This document shows positions 8,859 through 19,100 of a stretch of 64,000 bases of DNA, in pieces. Both the position numbers and the translations under genes were made by a program. This DNA is from Patescibacteria group bacterium (GTDB lineage: Bacteria > Patescibacteriota > Patescibacteriia > UBA11705 > DATKZF01). The notes beneath the pieces were generated by a model, which saw only the letters and a list, made by a program, of their open reading frames with translations, ran no database searches and was not told where the DNA came from. Location: contig JBMORT010000006.1 of NCBI GenBank assembly GCA_049319825.1, forward strand, positions 16,012-80,011. Direction: 5' to 3'. The first letter of the stretch is position 1; each line of letters opens with the position of its first letter.

Positions 8859-10184
8859 ATGAATGATCAATCAAGAAAACTTGAACTGCTTTCTCCAGCC
8901 GGAAATTTGGAAAAATTAAAAACCGCGTTCGCCTTTGGCGCGGACGCGGTTTATTGCGGCGTCCCGGATTTTTCGCTCCGGGTTCGAATCAATGAATTTG
9001 ATTTGAATAGTCTGAAAGAAGGAATTGAATATGCGCACGGCCTGGGCAAGAAAGTTTATATCACGGTCAATATATTCGCCCACAATTTTCATCTGCCTGA
9101 GATTGAAAAATATTTGCTTGAACTTAAAAAGATAAACCCGGATGCCCTGATTGTATCCGATCCCGGAGTCTTGGCTTTGATTAAAGAAACATGGCCGGAC
9201 GTGGAAATTCATTTGAGCACGCAGGCCAACTGCACCAATTGGCGGGCGGCCAAGTTCTGGTTTGATCATGGAATAAAAAGAATCATCCTTGGGCGCGAAG
9301 TTACTTTGGATCAGATCAAACAAATTCACGAAAAGGTTCCCCAAGTTGAATTGGAATGTTTCGTTCACGGAGCCATGTGCGTGTCGTATTCGGGCCGGTG
9401 CCTTTTGTCAAAATATTATATGGACAAAAGCGCGAATCTGGGAGACTGCGTGCAGCCGTGCCGCTGGAAATATGAGATAGGCAATAGGCCAGCCTGCGCC
9501 GAGGCTTCGGCTGGCAGGCAGGTGGGCAATGGTATTTTTGTTGAAGAAGTCAAGCGGCCCGGAGAATTGCTGGAGATGGATGAAGATGAGCACGGGACAT
9601 ATGTAATGAATTCCAAGGATTTATGTTTGCTTGAATATTTAAAAGAATTGGCTGATGCCGGAGTTTCTGGTTTTAAGATCGAAGGCCGGGCGAAGAGCGT
9701 TTATTATGTGGCCAATACTGCAAAAGTATATCGACAAGCAATTGACATGATTGATGATTGGGATGAAATTAAAGTTCAGGAATTAAAGAATGAATTAAAG
9801 AAAAATATTAATCGAGGATTCACGACCGGGTTTTTGTTTGGCAGAGATAATGCGGAGCAAAGGTATGAAAGCGGGCATGAGGCTTGCGAGTGGGAGTTCG
9901 TTGGAACAATTATAGGCAGTCGGCAAGAGGCGGCCTGCCTGACCGGCAGGCAGGTGGGCAATAGTGTAGCGGTGAGAGTGCACAATTGTTTGAGAGTCGG
10001 AGACGAAGTGGAATTGGTGGTGCCGGTTGGGGAAAATTTTACAATGAAGATAAGTGAGATGTTTGATGCCCGGACCGGCGAAGCCTTGAGCGAAGCTCAT
10101 GGCGGGCAAGATAAAGAAATTTTAATTCTAATTGAAAATCAATTGCCGGAATTTACAGTGTTGAGAAAAAAAGTTACAATCTAA
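8859..10184 (+). CDS. peptidase U32 family protein (collagenase-like, YhbU/RlhA-type)
   Basis: N-terminus LELLSPAGNLEKLKTAFAFGADAVYCG is typical of U32; 441 aa. Confidence 0.85.
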   Translation: MNDQSRKLELLSPAGNLEKLKTAFAFGADAVYCGVPDFSLRVRINEFDLNSLKEGIEYAHGLGKKVYITVNIFAHNFHLPEIEKYLLELKKINPDALIVSDPGVLALIKETWPDVEIHLSTQANCTNWRAAKFWFDHGIKRIILGREVTLDQIKQIHEKVPQVELECFVHGAMCVSYSGRCLLSKYYMDKSANLGDCVQPCRWKYEIGNRPACAEASAGRQVGNGIFVEEVKRPGELLEMDEDEHGTYVMNSKDLCLLEYLKELADAGVSGFKIEGRAKSVYYVANTAKVYRQAIDMIDDWDEIKVQELKNELKKNINRGFTTGFLFGRDNAEQRYESGHEACEWEFVGTIIGSRQEAACLTGRQVGNSVAVRVHNCLRVGDEVELVVPVGENFTMKISEMFDARTGEALSEAHGGQDKEILILIENQLPEFTVLRKKVTI

Positions 10185-10193
10185 TAAACCAAT

Positions 10194-10772
10194 ATGTTAA
10201 GCTTCATTCGCGGGACAATTAAAAATAAAGGCGAAAACTTCGTGATTTTAGAGAGAAATGACCTCGGTTATAAGATTTTCATCAATAAAAAACTGCTGGC
10301 AGACTTGAATTCAGGCGACCCGGCGGAATTTTATCTTTTCGAAAATATCAGAGAAGACGCTGATGATCTTTTCGGATTTTTGACTTTCGAAGAGCTCGGA
10401 CTTTTTGAAAAATTGATTTCGGTCAATGGCGTGGGCCCGAAAACCGCGCTCAATGTTTTTGCCGCGTACTCAGTGCCGCAAATTTTATCCGCCATTGCCA
10501 ATGGCCGGGCTGAGGTTTTCGATGAAGTTCCCGGTTTGGGCAAAAAAACCGCTGAGAGGATTGTTTTGGAATTAAAAAATAAAATTGAATATTTGGAAGG
10601 AGTGACGCCGGCTGAAGCGGGGCCGATTAATAATGATACTATTGAAGCGCTAATGACTTTGGGATACAGCAAGCAGCAGGCGCGCGAGGCGCTGAGCCAA
10701 GTTTCGAAAGACATAAAGGATTCGGGGGAGCAATTAAAGGCGGCGTTGAAGATATTAGGCGGTAGGCAGTAG
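10194..10772 (+). CDS. ruvA: Holliday junction DNA helicase subunit RuvA
   Basis: HhH motifs GVGPKTA and VPGLGKKTAERI; 192 aa with a C-terminal domain III. Confidence 0.9.
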   Translation: MLSFIRGTIKNKGENFVILERNDLGYKIFINKKLLADLNSGDPAEFYLFENIREDADDLFGFLTFEELGLFEKLISVNGVGPKTALNVFAAYSVPQILSAIANGRAEVFDEVPGLGKKTAERIVLELKNKIEYLEGVTPAEAGPINNDTIEALMTLGYSKQQAREALSQVSKDIKDSGEQLKAALKILGGRQ

Positions 10773-10906
10773 GGAGGAGGCAGTAGTATTATCGGAAGCT
10801 GGAAGTTGGGTTTGGGTGTGGAGGCTGGGTCGCTGGCGAATTTCGATAATAGGATTTTTTTAACTAAAAGCAGTATTATCAAAGAGATTTTTAAATTATC
10901 AATTTT

Positions 10907-11998
10907 ATGGTTGTCGCTGAATCAGCTGACATAGTTTCCTGGGAGGGTTTTAACCAGACTCTAAAGTCGGGTTCGCTTTTGCAATCCTGGAATTGGGGCG
11001 AATTTCAGAAAGAGAGGCAGCAAAAGATTTGGCGGCTGGAAGTTAAAGACGGCGAAAAGACTTTGGCGCAGATGTTTTTTTGGCAGCATCGGTATCTGAT
11101 CGGCCAGAATGGGCTTTATTGCCCGCGCGGGCCGGTGGTGACCGATGAGATTTTAAATGATCAAGAAAAATTAGCCGAGGTTTTGAAATTGCTTTTTGAT
11201 CGCGTCCGCCAAATAGCCAAAGAAAACAAAGCTTTGCTTTTTAGAATCGATCCCAATGTGATAATTGACCTTGGAAATGCGGCTGATAAGGATTTTTGGC
11301 GAAAAAATCTGGCAGTGGATGAAGAAAAAATTTGGCCGGATATTTTTGAAAAACAAGGTTTGAAAAAATCAAAGCGCGAAGTCCAGCCCGCGCATACCAT
11401 CATGCTCGATATTTCAAAGTCGGAAGAAGAATTGCTGGCTGATATGAATCAAAAGACCAGATATAACATCAGGCTGGCTGAGAAAAGGGGAGTCGAGATT
11501 ATTGAATCAAATGACGCCAAAGCCTTTTTCGAATTGCTCAAGCAAACCACTTCCCGCCAAAAGTTCGGCGCTTATCCGCTCAAGTATTTTGAAGATATTT
11601 TAAAATTTGATTTTTCGAAATTGTATTTGGCCAAGTACGCAGGCAAATTCATTGCCGGAATTTTGTGCGTGTATTATGGAAAGGTGGCCACATATCTTTT
11701 CGGCGCGTCCTCGGATGAGTATCGAAACGTCATGGCCCCGCATCTTTTGCAGTGGCGCGCGATCCTGGACGCGAAAAAAGCGGGATTTGATATTTATGAT
11801 TTTTGGGGAGCCGCGCCCGCGGAGTCGAAGGTCAAGCAAGAGCAGTCTTGGCAGGGCATTACCAGATTCAAGCAGGGCTTTAATCCGCTCCAGCCGATAT
11901 TTCAGTATTTGGGCTGTTATGAGATGGTTTTCCGGCCAGTAATGCTGAGAATTTGGGATTTGGGTTACAAGATGTACAAGATTTTGCGTACGAGATAG
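10907..11998 (+). CDS. FemAB-family aminoacyl-tRNA-dependent peptidoglycan transferase
   Basis: 363 aa with a Fem-like pattern. The C-terminus (...WDLGYKMYKILRTR) is encoded by the first copy of the downstream 63-bp tandem repeat. Confidence 0.75.
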   Translation: MVVAESADIVSWEGFNQTLKSGSLLQSWNWGEFQKERQQKIWRLEVKDGEKTLAQMFFWQHRYLIGQNGLYCPRGPVVTDEILNDQEKLAEVLKLLFDRVRQIAKENKALLFRIDPNVIIDLGNAADKDFWRKNLAVDEEKIWPDIFEKQGLKKSKREVQPAHTIMLDISKSEEELLADMNQKTRYNIRLAEKRGVEIIESNDAKAFFELLKQTTSRQKFGAYPLKYFEDILKFDFSKLYLAKYAGKFIAGILCVYYGKVATYLFGASSDEYRNVMAPHLLQWRAILDAKKAGFDIYDFWGAAPAESKVKQEQSWQGITRFKQGFNPLQPIFQYLGCYEMVFRPVMLRIWDLGYKMYKILRTR

Positions 11999-12133
11999 TA
12001 CCAGATAAAAGATGAACTATTTTTGGGTTACAAGATGTACAAGATTTGTCATACGAGATAGTACCAGATAAAAGATGAACTATTTTTGGGTTACAAGATG
12101 TACAAGATTTGTCATACGAGATAGTACCAGATA
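11962..12133. repeat. 63-bp tandem repeat, about 2.7 copies (gggttacaagatgtacaagattt...)
   Basis: Copies start at 11962, 12025 and 12088, and are near-identical. Copy 1 overlaps the femAB-like stop codon. Confidence 0.8.
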
Positions 12134-12298
12134 TTAATGAATCTACAAGATTAACCAGATCATTGTGCGAGATGATACAAGACATATTTAAGGATTTTGA
12201 TAATTTATACATCGTATCATCTGTTTCTTGTAAACCTTAGAATAATCAATTCCAATCTCGTAATATCTTGTATAGTAAATCTTGTAATCTTGTAAATT
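12134..12298. repeat. heptamer array: TACAAGA direct copies, then four inverted TCTTGTA copies (12226-12298)
   Basis: The same 7-mer that is embedded twice per 63-bp unit recurs here, in direct and then inverted orientation. Confidence 0.5.
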
Positions 12299-12386
12299 CA
12301 ATTTATGAAAAATTACTCCCGCAAAACAAATAAAAGACAAACCCGCTACCGCACTCCCAGCCGAGTAAAATCATACAGCTATCAAG

Positions 12387-12409
12387 ATCACCGTAAACGG
12401 TGATTTTTT
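12387..12409 (+). terminator. rho-independent terminator (atcaccg-taaa-cggtgat plus a T6 run)
   Basis: It probably ends the femAB-like transcript, after a roughly 400-nt repeat-rich 3' region. Confidence 0.5.
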
Positions 12410-12482
12410 GTCATTGATTTTGATATATTGTTTATTTTATCCCCATTTTTTTTTGACAAAAAATGATTATTCTTGTATTTCG

Positions 12483-12491
12483 TGGTATAAT
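12483..12491 (+). promoter_or_regulatory. extended -10 promoter candidate (TGgTATAAT)
   Basis: It lies 115 nt upstream of the ATG at 12606 in an AT-rich region. Confidence 0.25.
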
Positions 12492-12605
12492 TTTATTATC
12501 AAGAAAATCTTTGTGGATAATTTTTTTATATATCAATTAAGTGAGGAAATGCTGCTAGGTCCAACTATCGAGTGATATTTTTGTTTATAAAACCGACTTT
12601 GGATT

Positions 12606-13544
12606 ATGACATTGAATTCGAAGAAATTTAAATTCATTTTTGTAGTTGGGATCTGTTTTTTGGTAATTCTTTTCAATCAGTCGGTTTTTGCCATGCAAAG
12701 CAGCAATTACATTATCAATTGGGATTCGATCAATGCCGGCGGCAACGATAATTCCCAATCGGCAAATTACAAAGTTAGAGATACCTTGGGACAGCTCGGT
12801 CCGGGAAAAAGTGACAGCGCCAGTTATACGCTGCATGCCGGCTACCGGGTGCCTTTTGATGAGCCGCAAATTCTTTCTTTTTCGGTTAATGCGCAAAACG
12901 ATAACACCGAGGTTGCTTACAGCGCTTTCAGTTCGGCTAGCTTTACGGCAACCGTGGCCGATGCCAGCGGCTACGCTGCTGGCGATTACATCGCGGTCGT
13001 GGAAAATGTCGGGCCGAATCAAATGGTCGCCTCCGGCAGAATAATCGATGTCAGCGGCACCGTGCTGACGGTGGACAAATGGTCCGGTGATCAAGGATCA
13101 ATGAACGGCAGTCCGAGCGGCGGGGATGATTTCGTTTATAAACTGAATACACGATACATATCGCTGGATAAGCTGACCAGCGCGGCGGTCTCGACCGGCG
13201 TGGCCATGGCCGAGGTAACGACCAACGCTGTTAACGGCTATACCGTATACATTAAGGAAAATTACAATTTGCGATTAAACGGCGGACCGCGCGATATTGA
13301 CGACGTCCTTGATTCCGCGGTGACGGCGGGCAGTGAAGAGTATGGCATCGAAACTACGGGCGATCATGCCCAGGGAGCAAATGATTTTGCCATTACCGGC
13401 GTTGAGCAAGCGGTTTCCAGCCATACCGGCCAAGCGGCGCTGGAGCGGGTTAATATAATTTATAAAGCATCAATCAGCGCGACGCAAACCGCAGGCGGCG
13501 AGTATAGCCATACCACCAGCTATTACGCTATCGCGAATTTTTGA
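12606..13544 (+). CDS. secreted protein, surface-locus paralogue A (312 aa), C-terminus ...TSYYAIANF
   Basis: N-terminal signal peptide (KFKFIFVVGICFLVILFNQSVFA). The C-terminal roughly 130 aa are homologous to the 13896..14975 product, including the identical end motif. Confidence 0.85.
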   Translation: MTLNSKKFKFIFVVGICFLVILFNQSVFAMQSSNYIINWDSINAGGNDNSQSANYKVRDTLGQLGPGKSDSASYTLHAGYRVPFDEPQILSFSVNAQNDNTEVAYSAFSSASFTATVADASGYAAGDYIAVVENVGPNQMVASGRIIDVSGTVLTVDKWSGDQGSMNGSPSGGDDFVYKLNTRYISLDKLTSAAVSTGVAMAEVTTNAVNGYTVYIKENYNLRLNGGPRDIDDVLDSAVTAGSEEYGIETTGDHAQGANDFAITGVEQAVSSHTGQAALERVNIIYKASISATQTAGGEYSHTTSYYAIANF

Positions 13545-13895
13545 TGGGGGAGGATGTTATTTGGAAATTTGAAAATAGAAATTTGAAACGGAGGAAACTG
13601 AAAGATGAAATGAGAAGCTGAAGATTAGAAATTTGGTAATGGAAGATAATCGTCTGCGAAAATTTAATAAAATTAAATGCTATAAATTTCGATGTTATGG
13701 ATATGCTGATAGATGAGAAAATCGTATCTATCCGCGTGTTCGTAACCAATTTGTTCTTTGTTAAAATAAACAGCTAATTTATTCATAAATTAAAGGTCGA
13801 AGCTGTCAAACAAAATTCGGTTTCGAAACCGACTGGTCAGTCCCCGCTTGTCGTGGACTGATAAGTTAGAGAATTAAAAATTATTAATTAAAACT

Positions 13896-14975
13896 ATGTA
13901 CAGAAAAAGTATAATAATGTTGATTGTGGCATTGATTTTCAGCATGTCATATGTTGTTGTTTCTCCGACTGTAGCCAATGCTTCACACGGCGTGACAATG
14001 TATGCTGATCTCGTCGCCGACGGCGGCACCAATAACCCGTCTACCGTCACCACTCGACCGGAAATAGCCGCCAGCGCCACGGATGAAGTGTTCTTTGGTT
14101 ATGTAGCCGAGGATGAATCAGCCACCAATGAAACTGTGGAATTGACATTCCCGACCGGCTGGACAATCGCCACCAATTGCGCGACTCCGACCACCGATGC
14201 TGATGGCGATACCACCGCTGATGGCGCCGGCGTTGTCGCTGGTAACGTGTATACATACACTTTCACCACTTTGACGACAGCCGCTTCCACCACCGGTCTT
14301 GAATTCTGCGTCGTGGTTACCGCTCCGGCAACCGCAACTAATGCGCCAGTCTATTTGGACAGCATGGCGACCGGTGAAGCTGAATTTGGCGCCACCCTGC
14401 TTTACATTGAGGATGCCAATGACGTCAATGTCACCGCGTCCGTGGAAATCACTTTGGTCTTCGAAATTAGAGAAGGCGATGACACTGGCCTGATCAATTA
14501 CTGCTCTCTGGGCACATTGACCGGCTCCAGCGTAGCTACCTGCGATTATCGGTTGCACGTTGAAACCACCGCCAGCTCCGGTTATAACATCAGATTTAAA
14601 ACCGACGGTGATTTGAGAAAATCCGGCTCCGGCGATGTCGCCGATCCGGAGAACATCGACCGCATCACCGACGGCCTTGGTACTATCACCACCGCCAGCG
14701 CTGAGTCGTATGGCGTGGCGGTAACCGGCGGCAACTGCACCTATAATTCTGCCGCGGGCACTGAGGCGGGCATCTATACTACTGACGACTCTCCGTTGCC
14801 GGCGTTCGCGACAGGTGAAACCGCGCTATTTTCTTGCGGCGGTCCGAATATCCCGACTTATGCTGGTGATACCACCAACACGGTATTGATGGAGCATCGC
14901 GCCAAATCTGATGATGGTACCGGTTCCGGCACTTATCAGCAGATTGTCACCTACTACGTTATCGCTAATTTTTAA
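13896..14975 (+). CDS. secreted protein, surface-locus paralogue B (359 aa), C-terminus ...VTYYVIANF
   Basis: Signal peptide present, Thr/Ala-rich. The C-terminal domain (GYNIRFK...SYGVAVTGG...YYVIANF) is conserved with paralogue A. Confidence 0.85.
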   Translation: MYRKSIIMLIVALIFSMSYVVVSPTVANASHGVTMYADLVADGGTNNPSTVTTRPEIAASATDEVFFGYVAEDESATNETVELTFPTGWTIATNCATPTTDADGDTTADGAGVVAGNVYTYTFTTLTTAASTTGLEFCVVVTAPATATNAPVYLDSMATGEAEFGATLLYIEDANDVNVTASVEITLVFEIREGDDTGLINYCSLGTLTGSSVATCDYRLHVETTASSGYNIRFKTDGDLRKSGSGDVADPENIDRITDGLGTITTASAESYGVAVTGGNCTYNSAAGTEAGIYTTDDSPLPAFATGETALFSCGGPNIPTYAGDTTNTVLMEHRAKSDDGTGSGTYQQIVTYYVIANF

Positions 14976-14985
14976 AGTTAGCTTT

Positions 14986-15020
14986 GGTCCCGAATCCATT
15001 CGGGGCCAGCCGGTAATTTT
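14986..15020 (+). terminator. terminator-like hairpin (ggtcccgaa...ttcggggcc) with a weak T tract
   Basis: Hairpin followed by ...taatttt. Confidence 0.3.
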
Positions 15021-15111
15021 AAAGATTAAAGATGAATATTGAATATAAAAATGAAGGATTAGACTAACAATTACATATTTGGAGGGAGATTATTATTAAT
15101 AAAAAATTGTT

Positions 15112-16062
15112 ATGAAAACATTGAAAGTATTTTTGGTAATACTTTTATCGGTAATGTTTATGTCGCCCGGTTTGGGCCAGGCGCTGACCGTCATACCGCC
15201 GGTGCTGGACAGCATTGATGCTGAACCCGGAAAAACCTATCAGGGATCTTATGAGTTGTTTAATGAAACGGATGTAGCGCAAACCTATTATTTTAAGGCT
15301 CACAATTTCGTGGCCCGAGGCGAAGAGGGGGAATCGGATTTGCTCACGGATGAGGATCAACAAATCGGCTTAGCTTCATGGGTTAAATTAGACGAACCGC
15401 AGCTCGTATTGGTCGGGGGAGATAGAAAAAAAGTCAATTTTAAAATAGATGTTCCGGCCGACGCTGAGCCGGGAGGCCATTACGCGGCGATTTTCGCCAC
15501 CACCCAGCCGCCGTCAGAAGACGTTGGTTTGGGTGAAAATACCGGAGTGCTCTTACTGGTGACCGTCCCCGGCGACATTCGAGAGAACGCGGAGCTGGTT
15601 GAATTTTCGTTGGCCAGCGGAAAAAAGGTTTATAACCGGCCGCCGGTCGAGTTTTTAATCAGAATAAAAAATAATGGAAATGTTCATTTCAAGCCGTTAG
15701 GCGATATCAGCATCAGCGGCTGGGCCGGGGAAAAGGTTAAAGTTGATGCCAATCCCAAGCGGGGAAACGTCCTGCCAAAGAGCATCCGGGCACTTCATCC
15801 CGTATGGGCCGGTCCGGCTGAGCGCGGCGGATTCATGCAGGAATTGAAGAATGAATGGCATAATTTCGCCTTCGGCCGATATAACGCACACCTGGAAATG
15901 GAATGGGGCTCTAATAATGAAAAGTTCATCGGCAATGTGGCGTTTTGGGTTTTCCCGTGGCGGGTGATGTTGGTCGGGTTGATTATTTTGGTTTTATTGA
16001 TTTTATTGATTAGAGGATACAATAAAGCGATTATTAAGAAAGCGCAAAAGCAAAATAAATAG
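15112..16062 (+). CDS. cell-surface protein with signal peptide and C-terminal TM anchor plus basic tail (DUF916/DUF3324-like by pattern)
   Basis: Signal peptide, then LTVIPPVLDSIDAEPGKTYQGSYELFNETDVAQTYYFKAHNF (Ig-like beta-rich). C-terminal FWVFPWRVMLVGLIILVLLILLIRGYNKAIIKKAQKQNK forms a TM segment with a basic tail. Confidence 0.8.
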   Translation: MKTLKVFLVILLSVMFMSPGLGQALTVIPPVLDSIDAEPGKTYQGSYELFNETDVAQTYYFKAHNFVARGEEGESDLLTDEDQQIGLASWVKLDEPQLVLVGGDRKKVNFKIDVPADAEPGGHYAAIFATTQPPSEDVGLGENTGVLLLVTVPGDIRENAELVEFSLASGKKVYNRPPVEFLIRIKNNGNVHFKPLGDISISGWAGEKVKVDANPKRGNVLPKSIRALHPVWAGPAERGGFMQELKNEWHNFAFGRYNAHLEMEWGSNNEKFIGNVAFWVFPWRVMLVGLIILVLLILLIRGYNKAIIKKAQKQNK

Positions 16063-16075
16063 TTGATTGGTTATG

Positions 16076-16101
16076 GCTGACCGCCAGGGGTGGCGGTCAG
16101 C
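16076..16101 (+). promoter_or_regulatory. perfect 11-bp stem-loop (gctgaccgcca-gggg-tggcggtcagc) between the anchor gene and the giant gene
   Basis: Followed by an A-rich rather than T-rich tract, so it is not a canonical terminator. Possible attenuator or RNA-processing site. Confidence 0.35.
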
Positions 16102-16132
16102 AATAAAAAATTAATTATTAGGAGAATCTAGC

Positions 16133-19100
16133 TTGAAGAGTAGGCGGATTTCAAAACATTTGATGAATTCCCGAAATTCAAATTTCCACAAAACAAAGAA
16201 GACAAGGAACCGAAAGCTTGTTGTGTTTTTAATACTGGCAATGATTTTTAACTTGTCTTATTTTAATATTTCGTCAAAGCCGGCCGAGGCCGCGGCCAGC
16301 CAGTTCATCAATTATCAGGGCAAGCTGCTTGATACCAGCGGAATTGAGGTTGATAACGGTCAGTATCATGTTAGATTTAAAATGTACAATGCCGGAACCG
16401 GCGGCTCTCTGCTGTGGTCTGAAAGCTGGGATAACACCACTACTACGGCAACGGTCGATGCGGGATTATTCACTTTAAAATTGGGAGAAGTTAATCCTTT
16501 TCCGGCGACCTTGGATTTCCAAACAGAAAGCGAATACTGGTTGAGCGTGGAAATCGGCGGCTCCGGAGCGACGCCGACTTGGGATGGAGAGATGACGCCG
16601 AGAAAGGAAATTACCGCGGTGGCCTACGCGATGAACGCCGATAAACTTGACGGCAAGAGCGAGGAAGAGTTTGCCGATTTGAGCGAAGACGAAACGATCA
16701 CCGGGCAATACACGCATGACGTGGATGTATTTGACGGCGCGGCGTTAACGACAATTATCAACGCTTCAGACGATAACAGCGTGGACACTTTTTCTTCTTT
16801 GCAAGCCGACGCGGTGCAAAATTCCAATGACGGAGATAATTTATACGGCATATACGTCACGAATTTGCAGGGAACAGCCTCCACCGGCAATGAATACGCG
16901 ATATATCAAGCCGGCACCGGCTGGGATTACGGGTTGTATGTGGAAGATCAGGCGTATTTGGGACAAAATTTGCGCTTTAGCAGCAATTTCGATGTAAAGA
17001 ATACTATTATTGCCAGTGTGAATATAATGGATGTGCAGTCCATTGGAACGAACTCAATGGCTTTCCGAGTAATACCGGGCACAGCTCCCGCTTATTCGGC
17101 GCTGGGAGAAACGCAAGCTTCATTTTTCGAATTTCATCGAAATTCCAGCGGTACGGACAGAATGCTGCTGACTGCGCCGACCAATGCCACCAATGGCTAT
17201 CAATTTGTATCCTACGCCGCGCTTCCGGCGACTCCGGGGCCTTTCTCCTTCGGGTTTACCACCAGTTTGGCCGCGCCGCCGACTAAAGTCATGAATATTT
17301 TCAACACTGGGTCGGTTGGCATTAATACTTTTGGGCCGGATGCCAAGCTGGATGTGTTGGCCACATCTGGTGAGCAATTACGGCTGACATACACGGATGG
17401 TTCGGTTTATACCGGCTTCACCGTCAATTCGGACGGAGATTTGATTGTCGATGCCACCGGCAGTGATATTCGGCTCGCGACCGGAGATAATTTATGGGTC
17501 GCTTCATCGGCTGACATTGTGATTGGCAATACTTATCTAGGTGAATCTACCGCTCAGATCGATAGCGGCGCGTATAATGTGGGAGTGTATAACGGCAATT
17601 TAACATACTCGACCAATACGAATGTTCAGCAGGTGCTTGAAGATTTGGATACGGCGATTGGTTCCGCCGGCAGCAAATGGACGGATGCGGGAAGTTACAC
17701 TTATTTAACGGCTACGACCGATAATTTAGTAGTGGGTTCAAACGCGACGGCTGATGCTGAGTTATTTATGGACGTTGCTGATAAACGGTTACACATCGGC
17801 AGCGGATATATTGATTTCGATTTTACAGGTTCCGGCAACACGGCTGTCGGAGATGATTCTTTATATTCCATTACTAATGGTACCCATAATTCATCTATTG
17901 GTTATCAAGCCATGTACTATTTGACATCTGGCTATGACAATACGGCACTGGGATATCAGGCATTAAGAATAGACAGTTCCGGAACTGGAGGACAATCTTT
18001 TGGCAACACAGCCATTGGTAGTTTAGCTTTATCCAGTATTAATACATCCGCGGCTGTGTACAATACCGCTATCGGCGTTTCATCACTCCAGAATAATACG
18101 ACAGGTTTGGCAAATACTGCTATCGGTGCGTTAGCACTCGATTCAAATGTCATTGGTGCATCCAATGTCGCTTTAGGTTATTCAACACTTCAGGCGAATG
18201 TCAGCGGAGATTATAACGTAGCTTTAGGTGCAGAGGCACTAGACTCATTGACCTCTGCAGATGCTAATATTGCCATCGGTTACAAGGCTATGGATTCAAC
18301 AACGACTGGTCAGTATAACGTGGCATTAGGCCATCAATCTCTGCGAGCTAATATTAGCGCCGACTATTCTACAGCACTGGGCTATCAGGCGCTCTACAGC
18401 AATACGGCGTCGAATATCACAGCCGTGGGCGCGCAAGCCATGTACTCAAACGGCACGGGAACAGAAAATGTGGCGATGGGTTATCAATCACTATATTCAA
18501 ACGACTCAGGCGATCAGCACACAGCAATCGGCTATCAATCATTGTACTCATTATCGGCGAATGTGGATGATAATACAGCTGTTGGATACAGAGCAATGTA
18601 TTCGAATTTAGCTGGAGGTCAGAGCACAGCTATCGGTTCGCAGGCACTTTATAACGCGTTGGCGCCGGGCTACAGCACGGCAGTGGGCTACCAAGCTTTA
18701 TACGCGACCACGACCGGAGATTACAATATCGCCGTGGGAAACCAATCGATGGTAGCCAATACGACGGGCAGCGACAACGTCTCTATTGGAGTAAATGCGC
18801 TGGATTCAAACACTACGGGAAATTACAATATAGCGATCGGCCGCCAATCGCTGCAGGCAAACATTAGTGCCGACTATTCTACAGCACTGGGCTATCAGGC
18901 GCTCTACAGCAATACGGCGTCGAATATCACAGCCGTGGGCGCGCAAGCCATGTACTCAAACGGCACGGGAACAGAAAATGTGGCGATGGGTTATCAATCA
19001 CTATATTCAAACGACTCAGGCGATCAGCACACAGCAATCGGCTATCAATCATTGTACTCATTATCGGCGAATGTGGATGATAATACAGCTGTTGGATACA

